From an uncultured Acidobacteriota bacterium (lineage in GTDB: Bacteria > Acidobacteriota > Thermoanaerobaculia > Multivoradales > UBA5704): a DNA stretch of 64,000 nt. The position numbers and the translations under genes are program-made. Positions 1 through 9,618 of this stretch are shown here, piece after piece. A model generated the notes under the pieces. It made no database searches, was not told the DNA's origin, and worked only from the letters and a program-made list of their open reading frames with translations. Every line of letters starts with the position of its first letter. Position 1 is the stretch's first letter. The DNA lies in the NCBI GenBank assembly GCA_963700145.1, contig OY969474.1, forward strand, positions 128,001-192,000, in the 5' to 3' direction.

Positions 1-204
1 GCGGAGCTGCTTGCAGACGTCGAGGCCGGTCATGCGCGGCAGCATGACGTCGAGGACGACGAGGTCGGGGGTGGCGGCGCTGGCGAGCTGCAGGCCCGCC
101 TCGCCGTCCTTGGCGAGGGTGACGGAGTAGCCCTCGTACTCGAAGCCGTCGCGCAGCGCGACGGACATCGCCTCGTCGTCTTCGACGATCAGGACGCTAG
201 GCAT
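1..204 (-). CDS. OmpR-type response regulator (N-terminal part; runs off window)
   Basis: Minus strand reads [28 protein letters not shown]...[23 protein letters not shown], a receiver domain; start overlaps the stop of the kinase gene. Confidence 0.9.
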   Translation of the reverse strand, partial: MPSVLIVEDDEAMSVALRDGFEYEGYSVTLAKDGEAGLQLASAATPDLVVLDVMLPRMTGLDVCKQLR

Positions 205-1927
205 TCTGCGGCTCTCCCGCGGGCAGGGGCTCCCCGGCGGCGGAAGCCGCCTTGCCGGCGGGGGAAGCCGCCTCGCCGGCGGCGGCAGCCGCCTCCGCGG
301 CGGCGTCGACCGGCAGCCAGATCGCGAACGTGCTGCCCTCGCCGATCTTGCTCTCCACCGTCACGCGGCCCTGGTGGGCCTCGACGATGTGGCGCACGAT
401 GGCGAGCCCCAGGCCGCTGCCCTTGACGTCGTGCACCAGGCCGGTCGAGACGCGGTGGAAGCGGTCGAAGATCTTGCGCTGCTCGTCGCGCGGGATGCCG
501 CAGCCGCGGTCGGTCACCGCGACCGTCACCCAGCCGCCCTCGCGCGCCACCGCGACGGCGATCTCCTTGCCGCCGTTCGAGTACTTGACGGCGTTGTCGA
601 GCAGGTTCGACAGCGACTGGGCGATGGCGCCGGCGTCGAGCTGCACCGGCGGCAGCGGCGCCGCCGGGCGCTCGAAGCGGATGACGAAGCCGCTCTGGCG
701 CAGGCGCACCTCGAAGGTCTTGAGCGTCTCGGCGACGACGTCGGCCAGGTCGGCGCGCTCGAAGTGGTAGCTCTTCCGCCCCGACTCGATCGAGGAGAAG
801 TCGAGGATGTTGTTGATGAGCTGGGTCAGCCGCCGGCTCTCGGTCTCGATGTACTCGCCGTACTCGCGCGCGCGGTCGAGGCTCTCGACGCGGCCGAGCC
901 GCAGCAGCTCGCCGAAGACGCGGATCGAGGCCAGCGGCGTGCGCAGCTCGTGGCTGACGTTGGAGACGAAGTCGCTCTTCATCGCCGAGAGCTTGACCGC
1001 GCGCGAGGCCGAGCGCAGGGCGAGGACGACGCCACCCAAAAGGACGGTGGCGAGCAGCGCCGAGAGGCCGATGTTGACGCCGAAGCTGCGGTGCGCGACC
1101 TCGGCGACGGTGGCGTGGCGGCTGGCGAGCCCCATCGTCCAGTCGGTGAAGACCAGCGAGAAGGGCTTCTTGGCCTCCTCGCGCAGCCGCTTCTTGGGGT
1201 CGGTCGTGTAGACCAGGTCGCCGCGGCGGTCGCGCACCGTGACCACGAAGTCGTCGGCCGGGTCGTCGCCGAAGTACTTGGGCAGAGCGTGCTGGATCGC
1301 CGCCGGCAGGACGGCGGTGCGGAAGTGCGCCTCGTCGAGCAGCAGGCCGGTGATCCCGACGACCTGCGAGGTCTCGTCGGTGATCGGGAAGAGGAGGATG
1401 CGCGAGCGCGGGTCCCGCTCCTCGACGACCAGCGAGGTCTTCTCGAGCGGCGCCCCCTTGTGCGCCTGCGTCGACCAGGGGCTGATGGCGATCCAGATCG
1501 CCCGCTCCTCGTCGCTCCACCCGGGCTCGTACCAGCAGCCGGCCTTGGGGTCGAAGTGGCGGAGGTCGCCCTTTTCCGGCCCGGCGAAGCTGGCGGCGAA
1601 GAGACGGCGCACGCCCGGCGGCGTCTCCTTGTGGAAGAGGTGGGCCACCTTCTCGAGCTTGCCTTCGGTGAAGATCGACGACGGCAGGTTGAGCGCCCGC
1701 TCCATCTGCGTGCTGTAGAGCCACTTGACGTCCGCCGCCACGCCTTCGAGGTAGTTGTCGAGCTGCTTCTGCTGCGCCAGGGCCGAGGTCTCGTCGAGCT
1801 TGACCAGCCAGCGGTACTGCAGGGCGAGGAGGAGGGCGAGCGGCGCCAGCACGGCGAGGAAGCCGAGCGGGAGGGCGTGCCGGCGGGCGAAGTTGGCGAG
1901 GCGCATGGTCGTCGGTCCAGGCGTCAT
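197..1927 (-). CDS. Membrane sensor histidine kinase
   Basis: Two TM segments, H-box [10 protein letters not shown]-box [11 protein letters not shown]-boxes DRGCGI and GSGLGL; the real start may be the later ATG (MRLANFARR). Confidence 0.95.
   Translation of the reverse strand: MTPGPTTMRLANFARRHALPLGFLAVLAPLALLLALQYRWLVKLDETSALAQQKQLDNYLEGVAADVKWLYSTQMERALNLPSSIFTEGKLEKVAHLFHKETPPGVRRLFAASFAGPEKGDLRHFDPKAGCWYEPGWSDEERAIWIAISPWSTQAHKGAPLEKTSLVVEERDPRSRILLFPITDETSQVVGITGLLLDEAHFRTAVLPAAIQHALPKYFGDDPADDFVVTVRDRRGDLVYTTDPKKRLREEAKKPFSLVFTDWTMGLASRHATVAEVAHRSFGVNIGLSALLATVLLGGVVLALRSASRAVKLSAMKSDFVSNVSHELRTPLASIRVFGELLRLGRVESLDRAREYGEYIETESRRLTQLINNILDFSSIESGRKSYHFERADLADVVAETLKTFEVRLRQSGFVIRFERPAAPLPPVQLDAGAIAQSLSNLLDNAVKYSNGGKEIAVAVAREGGWVTVAVTDRGCGIPRDEQRKIFDRFHRVSTGLVHDVKGSGLGLAIVRHIVEAHQGRVTVESKIGEGSTFAIWLPVDAAAEAAAAAGEAASPAGKAASAAGEPLPAGEPQNA
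234..305. repeat. About 3.4 copies of a 21-bp tandem repeat in the kinase C-terminal tail
   Basis: ccggcggcggaagccgccttg / ccggcgggggaagccgcctcg / ccggcggcggcagccgcctcc; encodes an Ala-rich heptad tail. Confidence 0.7.
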
Positions 1928-1969
1928 GATAGGGCAGCGTACGGGCGGCGCAAGAGGCCGGACGGCCCT

Positions 1970-2024
1970 TTTACGAATTGATTACCTGGTTTGCAAGGTT
2001 TTACCGCAGCGTAAGGACATTTAC
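1970..2024. promoter_or_regulatory. Candidate OmpR-family operator (TTTAC/ATTAC direct repeats)
   Basis: TTTAC 1970, ATTAC 1981 (11-bp spacing), TTTAC 2000 and 2020 in an AT-rich patch between the divergent kinase and PDZ genes. Confidence 0.4.
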
Positions 2025-2096
2025 GACCGCCCGCTCCTAGTCTGCCGGCATGGCGAGCGGGCACTCCGCGAAGCCGCAAACCCAAGGAGGCAGATC

Positions 2097-2579
2097 ATGA
2101 CCAAGTGGACCGCAGGATTCCTCGCAGTCGCGCTCGCGACGAGCTTCGCCGGCGTCGCCAAGGCCGGCGGCGCGCACGGCAAGTGCACCGAAGGCACCTC
2201 GGAGGCGGCCCTCCAGGCGCGCGTCGAGAAGATGAAGTCCTGGGGCTACCTCGGGGTCGAGAAGGAGAAGAACGCGGCCGGCGCCTACGCGATCACCGCG
2301 GTCGCGCCCGACAGCCCGGCGGCCAAAGCCGGGTTTCGCGTCGGCGACGTCCTGGTGGCCCTCAACGGGGTCGCTCTGACCGACTCCAACAGCGAGGCGC
2401 TCAAGAAGGCCAAGGCCAACCTCGGCCCCGGCAAGCAGATCAGCTACACCGTCCGCCGCGACGGCGCCGAGCGCCAGCTCACCGCCACCCTCGCGCCGGT
2501 GCCGGAAGAGGTCCTCGCGCAGTGGCTCGGCGAGCATCTGATGGACTCGCATCTGGGCACCGCCGTCGCCAGCAACTGA
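2097..2579 (+). CDS. Secreted single-PDZ-domain protein
   Basis: RBS AAGGAG, signal peptide MTKWTAGFLAVALA, GYLGV and DSPAAKAGFRVGDVLVALNG PDZ motifs. Confidence 0.85.
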   Translation: MTKWTAGFLAVALATSFAGVAKAGGAHGKCTEGTSEAALQARVEKMKSWGYLGVEKEKNAAGAYAITAVAPDSPAAKAGFRVGDVLVALNGVALTDSNSEALKKAKANLGPGKQISYTVRRDGAERQLTATLAPVPEEVLAQWLGEHLMDSHLGTAVASN

Positions 2580-2613
2580 CCTCCCTCCCTCTCTCTCCTT
2601 CTTCCCCTCCCCC

Positions 2614-2644
2614 CGCCCTCCCTCGCGATTCGCGGGGGAGGGCG
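2614..2644. terminator. GC-rich hairpin between convergent genes (REP-like family 2), preceded by a polypyrimidine tract
   Basis: cgccctccctcgcg-att-cgcgggggagggcg; similar to the hairpin at 35415-35441. Confidence 0.55.
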
Positions 2645-2659
2645 CCCCTCCGTTCAGCT

Positions 2660-3421
2660 CTAGTCGAGCTCCTTGGCGTACTCGGACTTGTGCGCTTCGA
2701 TCCAGGGGTCGAGCTTCCCGAGCAGGCCGGAGGCCTCCCGGGTCGGCAGCGAGAAAGTTTCGGGCGGGTCCATCTCGTGGGCGTCGATGACCGCGAGCTC
2801 GGGGTGGAGGCGCGCCAGGTACTCGTTGCTGATGCTGCCCTCGCCGAAGGCGTCGATCTTGCCGCCGAGCAGGTCGGTGATCGGGTCCTGCTGGTTCGTG
2901 TAGCCGCGGAACAGCGTCCCCTCGGGCGCCCGCGCGCGAGTGTCCACCTCGGCCGTCGAGCCGGTGGTGAAGGCGACGGTGCGGCCCTTGAAGTCGGCGA
3001 TCGTGTGCAGCTCGTCCGCATCCGCCTTGCGGATCAGGAGCGTCCGCTGGACGTTGAAGTAAGGCGCGCTCCAGACCACTCCCGGGCTCTTGCGGCTGTC
3101 GAGCGGCGCGATGCCCGCCGCCGCGAGGTCGCACTCGCCGCGCCCTGGGCGCTCCCAGATGCCGGCGAAGTCGGCCTCCTTGAACTTCACCACTGGGAGG
3201 CCGTTGTCCTGCGCGAAGTGCCGGACGAAGGTGATGTCCGTGCCGACGATCTCGCCGCTCTCGTCCTTTGAGCTCACGGGGGCGAAGCCGGTGTACGTGC
3301 AGACGGTCAGCACGCCCGGCTCGATCGTCGCCAGGCCCGACGACTCGGGGGGCGCGGGCGGCGCGGGCGCGCAGCCGGCCGCGATGGAGAAAAGGCACAA
3401 GACCGCCAGCGGCATCTTCAT
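2660..3421 (-). CDS. Amino-acid-type ABC substrate-binding lipoprotein (family 3)
   Basis: Lipobox IAAGC, TIEPGVLTVCT, GTDI, SAPYF, DFKGRTVAFTTGST, GKIDAF; RBS AGGAG. Confidence 0.85.
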   Translation of the reverse strand: MKMPLAVLCLFSIAAGCAPAPPAPPESSGLATIEPGVLTVCTYTGFAPVSSKDESGEIVGTDITFVRHFAQDNGLPVVKFKEADFAGIWERPGRGECDLAAAGIAPLDSRKSPGVVWSAPYFNVQRTLLIRKADADELHTIADFKGRTVAFTTGSTAEVDTRARAPEGTLFRGYTNQQDPITDLLGGKIDAFGEGSISNEYLARLHPELAVIDAHEMDPPETFSLPTREASGLLGKLDPWIEAHKSEYAKELD

Positions 3422-3441
3422 CTCTGGTCTCCTCGATGGGG

Positions 3442-4233
3442 TCACGGTGGACACTCCTCCGCGTCGAGCTCCTTGGCGCGCTGCTGCCAGAGTTCGACGT
3501 AGCGGGCCGCTTCGGCCGCCGGCTTGCGCGGCACGTAGGTCTCGATAAAGCTCGCCGGCTCGCTGCCGGCGTTGACGGCGGAATGGACCACGCCGACGGC
3601 GGCGACGAGCGCCTGCCCCACCTCGACCAGGCGCTCGCGGCCGCCGACGGTGACGCGGAGCCTGCCGCTCAAGACGTAGTTGCTGATCTCGAAGGGATGG
3701 TCGTGGGGCGCGATGAAGGCGCCGGGGGAGTAGTCGAGGTACGAGGCCTCCAGGTGCGTCCCGGAGAGGATCGGCTTGCCGAAGACGCCCTTGCGGGTGT
3801 TGTCGTGGGCGGCCGGATCGGTGGGGACCTGCGAGGCGTCGAAGTGGCCGCCGAAGCTCCCGTCGAGCGGGCCGCCGGTGTCGGGCGCCGAGCCGTGGCG
3901 CAGGAAGAAGGTGTCGCCCCCCGCGAGCTTCGGCTGCGGCGCCGAGAGCTGCCACCACCGCGCCCCCTCGGCACCCACGTTGTGCCAGGCGATGATCGTG
4001 CCGCTCGGCAGGACGGCGTAGTCGCCCGGGCCGAGGTCGTAGGCGCGCTCGCCGAACCTCCCAAGGACCCGTCCCGCGAGGACGTAGAACCCCACCTCGT
4101 AGGAGTGGAAGTGCGACGTCACGCTGCCCGCCGGATCGAGCGAGCAGACGTCGAGCCCCATGTGCACCAGGCCGCTCGCCACGTCGACGATCGGCTCGGT
4201 GCGATAGCCGATGCAGTACGGCGTCCTGCTCAT
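3442..4233 (-). CDS. Bicupin-domain protein
   Basis: Two cupin motifs: HFHSYEVGFYVLAG and HDHPFEISNYVLSG...VVHSAVN. Confidence 0.8.
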   Translation of the reverse strand: MSRTPYCIGYRTEPIVDVASGLVHMGLDVCSLDPAGSVTSHFHSYEVGFYVLAGRVLGRFGERAYDLGPGDYAVLPSGTIIAWHNVGAEGARWWQLSAPQPKLAGGDTFFLRHGSAPDTGGPLDGSFGGHFDASQVPTDPAAHDNTRKGVFGKPILSGTHLEASYLDYSPGAFIAPHDHPFEISNYVLSGRLRVTVGGRERLVEVGQALVAAVGVVHSAVNAGSEPASFIETYVPRKPAAEAARYVELWQQRAKELDAEECPP

Positions 4234-4308
4234 CGCCGAAGACCCCTCTCCGTTGTCCAGAAGGTCGCAGTCTACCGCTAGAGTTGGAAGCGCGGAGGAC
4301 ATGCAGCC

Positions 4309-4920
4309 ATGCGCATCGGGATCATCGGGGCCGGCAACGTCGGCGGGACGCTCGGGCGGCGGTGGGCGGGGGCGGGGCACGAGGTGGTGTTCGGGACGCG
4401 GCATCCGGGGCGCGTGGAGACGCCGCCCGGGACGCGCGCGGCCGGCGTCCGCGAGGCGGCGGAGCATGGCGAGGTGGTGGTCCTCGCCACGCCGTGGGAC
4501 GGTGTGCGCGACGCGCTCGCCGCGGCCGGCGATCTCGCCGGCAAGGTGCTCTTCGACTGCACGAACCCGCTGGCCAAGGACCTCTCGGGGCTGGCGATCG
4601 GGCACACCACCTCGGCCGGCGAGCAGGTAGCCGCGCTCGCCTCCGGCGCGCGCGTGGTCAAGATCTTCAACTCGACCGGCGCCGGCAACATGGCCGACCC
4701 GCTGTACGGGGAGCAGGCGGCGACGATGCTCTACTGCGGCGACGACGGCGAGGCCAAGGGGACGGCCGCGCGCCTCGCCGCCGACTTGGGCTTCGAGCCG
4801 GTGGACGCCGGCCCGCTACGGAACGCGCGGCTGCTCGAGCCGCTGGCCATGCTCTGGATCTCCCTCGCCTACGTCCAGGGCCTCGGCCCGGGCATCGCCT
4901 TCAAGATGCTCCGGCGGTAG
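4309..4920 (+). CDS. NADPH-dependent F420 reductase-like (dinucleotide-binding) oxidoreductase
   Basis: MRIGIIGAGNVGG, VVVLATPW, DCTNP, VVKIFN, CGDD, DAGPLRNARLLEP. Confidence 0.9.
   Translation: MRIGIIGAGNVGGTLGRRWAGAGHEVVFGTRHPGRVETPPGTRAAGVREAAEHGEVVVLATPWDGVRDALAAAGDLAGKVLFDCTNPLAKDLSGLAIGHTTSAGEQVAALASGARVVKIFNSTGAGNMADPLYGEQAATMLYCGDDGEAKGTAARLAADLGFEPVDAGPLRNARLLEPLAMLWISLAYVQGLGPGIAFKMLRR
4813..4917 (+). repeat. Direct repeat copy 1 (intact 3' end of the oxidoreductase gene)
   Basis: About 90% identical by manual alignment to 9490-9591. Confidence 0.9.
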
Positions 4921-4928
4921 GGAGACTC

Positions 4929-7900
4929 TCACGACGGTCCCGAAGCGATATCGCCCGCTCCAATGGCGCCGGGGACCGACATCCAGCGAAGCACAACTAG
5001 TGACGAGGCAAGCTCTTGAAACCGTCTTGCTTCGGCGTCATATCGCTGCAGGTCGGGTGTCAATCTGCGATCCTCTAGACCCTCCAACTCCGTTCTTAGG
5101 CTCTTGATGGGCTCGAGAAGTACCTCCAAGATCTCCTGCGCAACCCAAGTACTTTGCTCAACTTCTCCCACAGCGCGAGGAAGCAGGTTCCGGAGATTAT
5201 CGACTTCCTGGGTTAACTGTCGCGCCGAAGCCGCTAAATAACGGTCCAAAATCGAAATGCCAACTTCATCAAGACGTGGGCTCAGCTTTGCGAGGAGGGC
5301 TAGATGAGCGAAATGTAGATGCACTTTACCTAGGCATTCCTGGAGGGCGTTGAGGCTTTCGATCCGCGCAGCCCGACTCACCTCCACTCCTAGGGTTTCC
5401 ATCTGCTCTTGAGAGAGAGGCTGCAGCACTCGAAGCCAAGGCCGGTCCGGATTCTCGCGGTCACCACCGTGCGAGAATACAAAGGACGGCACGACCCAAG
5501 CACCCGACTCTGGCGCGACACCGGCAAGTCTCGGAATTATCAAAATATTGGGCCAGTAGTACTCTAGGGCGTATTGCACAAGAGAGCCGAACCTTGCACC
5601 TTCCAGCATTTCACCGAGGCGAGCAAGAACGTCCGCTCGCGCCGCCTCGAGATCTGTGAGCGAGGTTAGATCGAGACAGAGGACCATGGCAGGCCGTCCT
5701 TGCCAGACAAATCGATCACGAATCATAACGACACTCCACATTGGCGAAGTGAGCGATCTTTTCAGCTCCTTCCGCACAAGCGCCAAAGCTTCCTCCATCT
5801 CCGAGACAGATTGCGCGCCTGCAGCTTGCATCCTCTTCTCCGGAAAATCGCAAAACTGATACCACAATGCCCAGAGTTCCGGAAAAAGGTTTGTCTCCCG
5901 CTTCGCCACTCGAATGAGCTTGTCAGTGTCGGCAAGGTGGCCGACCCGCTCATTGAAGGCACGCTGCATAGCGGAGAGGCAGATCATCACCTGAAAGAGG
6001 TTGTGCTTTGAGAGACGGATCTTATCTTCGCCATAACCATACTGCGCTGTCGCCAGAGCTATGACTTCGCTTTTGTTGCGTATGTTGCGGCCAATCATGC
6101 CATGCACCACACAGAGGATCTCCGCTTGGCTGAGGAAGTTTGAGATAGCGAATGTATAGTCCTGCATCGCCTTCGCGAAGGCGCGATGACGGCCCAGGGC
6201 AAATGTGCTCGCTATATTAGTAGAGAACGCTGATGCTTTAGCTGAACCATCGCGCTGAGTTTCACTTGAGAGGCCCCATTCATCGACAGCACTCATTGGG
6301 AGGTGAGGAACAGTGCCTGCCGCTTGCTTAGCTTGCTCCCACAGCTCCGTAGTCAATGTGCTACCGAAGAGACTTCTCGCACTGTTGTTCTCAAAATACG
6401 CGCTGAGAGCCCTGTGAAGTTGCAGGAGCACAGTTGCAATCGTCTCGCGGATGCTTAGGAGTAGCTCCGCGTACAGGTTCCACGTGTCTGGGCGCCGCCC
6501 GAAGGCTTCGAGGCTGTGCAGAGTCGCGTTGACACGAACCAGCCAAGGGGCAGGCAAGGCGGTCGGCGGCATTTGCTTCCTCGTAGAGTCATGAGGTAGC
6601 TCAACCCCCGCGACGGTTAGCTGGTGGCCGTGACCCTGCGTGCAATACTGTTCCTTATCGGGGAAGAAACCGTGGAGTAGCTCGGCCCGTCTGACGGCTT
6701 CATTGTTGAGAATCGCATCTAGACTCTCTTTCCGAGGGCCCTGCCGCGTCGCCGTAGAGGTGCGTCGTACTGGTAGGATTTCGACAGATTCGAGAACCGC
6801 CCCGTCGGTCTCAGGGCTTTCGGTGCGACTATCAGCGAGTAGGTCGAAAGGAACTAGGAATTCCGCGGTAACGGTCTCGCCGCTCTCTGTCAAGATAAGC
6901 GACTCCGTATCCTCTCGGAAGCGGGTCCGAAGGGCCTCTCCATGCAGCCTTAGAAGTTGGGCCTGTCTCGTCGGATCAGCCTCGGCTAAAGCAAGGCAGA
7001 TTTGCGCCTGGATACTGAGGGGCAGACTACCCACTGGTAAATCGGCCAACTCAAATGTGCCGGGGACAGGTATGTTCAAGCGCCCAGCCCAAAAGGTCAA
7101 CTCTGCGAGACCTTCCCAATCGCTTAGATCTGAAGGTTCGGTTGCAATCTTAGTGTTGAGCAGCCAATTTGTGATCGGCTCAAAGAGGCGTGACCTCGGC
7201 GTGAGATGGCTTCTGATACGGCGCAACATTTCAGCCACGGCTGGGTTTGTTCGCCCGAGGAGATCTAACACTCCTTCGGCCGGGTCTTGACCGAGTGCGC
7301 CAGCGACATCCGGCAGAACGAGGAATGCCCACGCTTCACTAGCGATATTTCTTGCTTCCTCAATAGTAGGCCGATTCTCCTCAAGGTAGCACTTAGTGCC
7401 CCACCACAGCAGGACTCGTCCGATACCGCCCCCGCCGGTCCAACCGAGGCGAGGAAGCTGCGCCAGAGCTGCCGGCAAGCGAGCCCAGCAGTTGGGATGT
7501 CGGGAAAGCAAATACAATAGAAACACCTCCAAATCATTCTCAGGAATGAAAGGGAGCCCCTGAAGAGCTAGCTCCTCAGCCGGCGCAAGGACCGGGTCCT
7601 GAAGTTCCAGTGCTAAGAGACCAGAGCGAACTGGATGAAGAGCCTCAACTTCCGCGCGATCCGCGGAAACTCTGAGAAGGTACTCGTTCTCGAAGAGAGC
7701 TACTATTCCTATCGGGTCCTTGAGCCCTAGATGAGCTGCGAGAGGTGCGAGGCGAACATGTGCCTCGAAGGAGGTTGCCGCCGCACAAATGTGCAGAAAC
7801 CGAAGCGCCTCCGGTGCGAGTGTTCCGGACCGGACCTCCTCTCGAAGACGCCGTACTTGAGAGGCTAGAACCGACCGCAAACTCGCCGTCTGGGTAATAA

Positions 7901-9185
7901 GGTAAACGAACTCAAGCAGAGGACCGTCCCCTCCGAAGCGGTGCCACGCTTCGTTGAAGGTTGGAAAGGCGTTGACAGCATCGCCACGAGTTACCAGCCT
8001 TGCGTAAACGTTCGCCGCCTCCGTCTCAGTGAAATCGAGTCGGATATCAGCTGGGAACCCGATTTCGCTCTCGGAAGCCGTTCGACGGGCCAGGTCTTCT
8101 TCTCGGATTGCAACCAGAATGCGTACATTCTCGATGTCCAGCAGTTCCCGAATCAGTGCGACCCATTGGAGATCCCGCGGTGCCACATCGATCAAGAGGA
8201 AGACTGGAACGTTGACTGCGCGAAGGTGATCAGCGAGCGCGTTAGCAATTTTGCTGGCGTGGCGGCGGTCGTCGATCGCAGTTACCATAAAGCGCCATTC
8301 CTCTGGCACGTAGTCATGAAGGTAGCGGAGAAGGAGAGAAGTTTTTCCCTGTCCAGAAGCTCCATGAACGATAACAACCTTCTTGCCTCGCAGATTGTCA
8401 TCAATAAGTGTTAGGAGTTCATCGCGCCTCACATCAAGACCGGCACGGATGTGGGCATACCGTGCTGCCGTTCCCCGATAGTATTCTGTCGCTAATGTGT
8501 CGATTGACGGAAGAGTAGAAGCCGGAAGATCCTCGAGCGGCTTGATAGTAGTAAACCACTCTTCATGGTGGTCCCTCCTTTCTGCGAAGTATCTCCCTAC
8601 TGCCAGTAACCGGTCACGCAGGTCACGGTACGTGATTCGGTATCGGTTCTCGGCCGCTTGGAGAACCCACCACACCAGAAGATCAAGGGCACGGGCGGGA
8701 TCGCCGGCTGTGAGAGTCTGTGTGAAGTGCCCATGGACCCGCTGGCGTACAGTAGCTTCGTCGACTTTCACGATTTGAAGCCGACGTGCGAGCTCGGCGA
8801 CTTCGTCGTTTGAATAGCCGTATTCTCTCAGCTTTCTGGAGAACTTGGCGAGCGCTTCATCCTCCCGGCGTTGAAATGCTTCTAGCTCTGGGCCCAGAGG
8901 ACCAAAGCTCGTCAGCTCGAAAGCGCTCGACTTATCTTCCGAATTAAGTAGCCGGCGCAGAAGGGAAGTCTCCTTACGTGGAAAAAGGTCGGAAAGCGTC
9001 AAGGGAGCCGAGTAGGCCTTGACCTGGATTGCTTTGATGAGGCGTGCATTCTCATAGATTGCAAGATCTTCCTTTCCTTCGGGCTGGAACTCCCTTGAAC
9101 TGCTCGCGTCACGCAGGATGAGATCGAGCGTATGAAGCGCTTGGAGGCGAAAGCCGCTAATTGCTGCCTTGGCACCTGATTCCAT
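4929..9185 (-). CDS. Putative antiviral STAND (Avs/NLR-like) NTPase with N-terminal PD-(D/E)xK (Cap4/DUF4297-like) nuclease
   Basis: GAKAAISGFRLQ...EGKEDLAI...IQVKA nuclease-like motif; Walker A HGASGQGKTS; Walker B FLLID; ILVAIRE sensor; long C-terminal region. ATG at 9185 with GAGGA RBS (the ORF is open to 9242). Confidence 0.75.
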   Translation of the reverse strand: MESGAKAAISGFRLQALHTLDLILRDASSSREFQPEGKEDLAIYENARLIKAIQVKAYSAPLTLSDLFPRKETSLLRRLLNSEDKSSAFELTSFGPLGPELEAFQRREDEALAKFSRKLREYGYSNDEVAELARRLQIVKVDEATVRQRVHGHFTQTLTAGDPARALDLLVWWVLQAAENRYRITYRDLRDRLLAVGRYFAERRDHHEEWFTTIKPLEDLPASTLPSIDTLATEYYRGTAARYAHIRAGLDVRRDELLTLIDDNLRGKKVVIVHGASGQGKTSLLLRYLHDYVPEEWRFMVTAIDDRRHASKIANALADHLRAVNVPVFLLIDVAPRDLQWVALIRELLDIENVRILVAIREEDLARRTASESEIGFPADIRLDFTETEAANVYARLVTRGDAVNAFPTFNEAWHRFGGDGPLLEFVYLITQTASLRSVLASQVRRLREEVRSGTLAPEALRFLHICAAATSFEAHVRLAPLAAHLGLKDPIGIVALFENEYLLRVSADRAEVEALHPVRSGLLALELQDPVLAPAEELALQGLPFIPENDLEVFLLYLLSRHPNCWARLPAALAQLPRLGWTGGGGIGRVLLWWGTKCYLEENRPTIEEARNIASEAWAFLVLPDVAGALGQDPAEGVLDLLGRTNPAVAEMLRRIRSHLTPRSRLFEPITNWLLNTKIATEPSDLSDWEGLAELTFWAGRLNIPVPGTFELADLPVGSLPLSIQAQICLALAEADPTRQAQLLRLHGEALRTRFREDTESLILTESGETVTAEFLVPFDLLADSRTESPETDGAVLESVEILPVRRTSTATRQGPRKESLDAILNNEAVRRAELLHGFFPDKEQYCTQGHGHQLTVAGVELPHDSTRKQMPPTALPAPWLVRVNATLHSLEAFGRRPDTWNLYAELLLSIRETIATVLLQLHRALSAYFENNSARSLFGSTLTTELWEQAKQAAGTVPHLPMSAVDEWGLSSETQRDGSAKASAFSTNIASTFALGRHRAFAKAMQDYTFAISNFLSQAEILCVVHGMIGRNIRNKSEVIALATAQYGYGEDKIRLSKHNLFQVMICLSAMQRAFNERVGHLADTDKLIRVAKRETNLFPELWALWYQFCDFPEKRMQAAGAQSVSEMEEALALVRKELKRSLTSPMWSVVMIRDRFVWQGRPAMVLCLDLTSLTDLEAARADVLARLGEMLEGARFGSLVQYALEYYWPNILIIPRLAGVAPESGAWVVPSFVFSHGGDRENPDRPWLRVLQPLSQEQMETLGVEVSRAARIESLNALQECLGKVHLHFAHLALLAKLSPRLDEVGISILDRYLAASARQLTQEVDNLRNLLPRAVGEVEQSTWVAQEILEVLLEPIKSLRTELEGLEDRRLTPDLQRYDAEARRFQELASSLVVLRWMSVPGAIGAGDIASGPS

Positions 9186-9489
9186 CGTGTAATTCCTCGA
9201 GGTTCGAGCTAACGCGCGTTCATAGCTCCCGCGTTCTCGCACGCGCCAGTGGCTTGATAGCGACCCCGTAGTCGGAAGCCGCCGCTCGATGATCCGGCCG
9301 GGGTTGCGTCGTCTGCAAAGCGAGAACGACGCGCTGGCTCGGTGAAGGGGGAGTTGAGGACAGCTTTTCGATGGCTATCTTGGGCATAAGGTGTCGTCGC
9401 GAGGCTCAGCCGCATCGTACCAGCCCTCTTTTGGTTGGTGGAAGGCGTCGGCCGAGTTGACCCCTGAGGTCGGACGGGCGCGAGACGGA

Positions 9490-9591
9490 CCGCTACGGAG
9501 CGGGGCTGCTCGAGCGGCTGGCCATGCTTTGGATCTCCCCCGCCTACGTCCAGGGGCTCGGCCCCGGCATCGCCTCAAGCTGCTCCGGCGG
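9490..9591 (+). pseudogene. Direct repeat copy 2: degenerate displaced 3' fragment of the oxidoreductase gene
   Basis: Aligns to 4813-4917 with about 7-8 substitutions and 3 deleted nt; no stop codon at the homologous position. Confidence 0.85.
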
Positions 9592-9618
9592 CCGGAAGAT
9601 GCCAAAAAGGCACTCCGG

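Larger units (their letters stand above)
4921..9591. mobile_element. Single-gene genomic islet bounded by a duplicated gene 3' end
   Basis: Abrupt drop in GC and codon bias between 4921 and about 9480; flanked by ~100-bp direct repeats; no integrase seen. Confidence 0.7.

Noticed and set aside
2580-2613. Polypyrimidine tract as a triplex or regulatory element
   Set aside because: Probably the degenerate arm of the adjacent REP-like family-2 hairpin; no further support
9186-9489. Integrase or transposase remnant inside the islet
   Set aside because: No recognisable recombinase motif in the short ORFs provided
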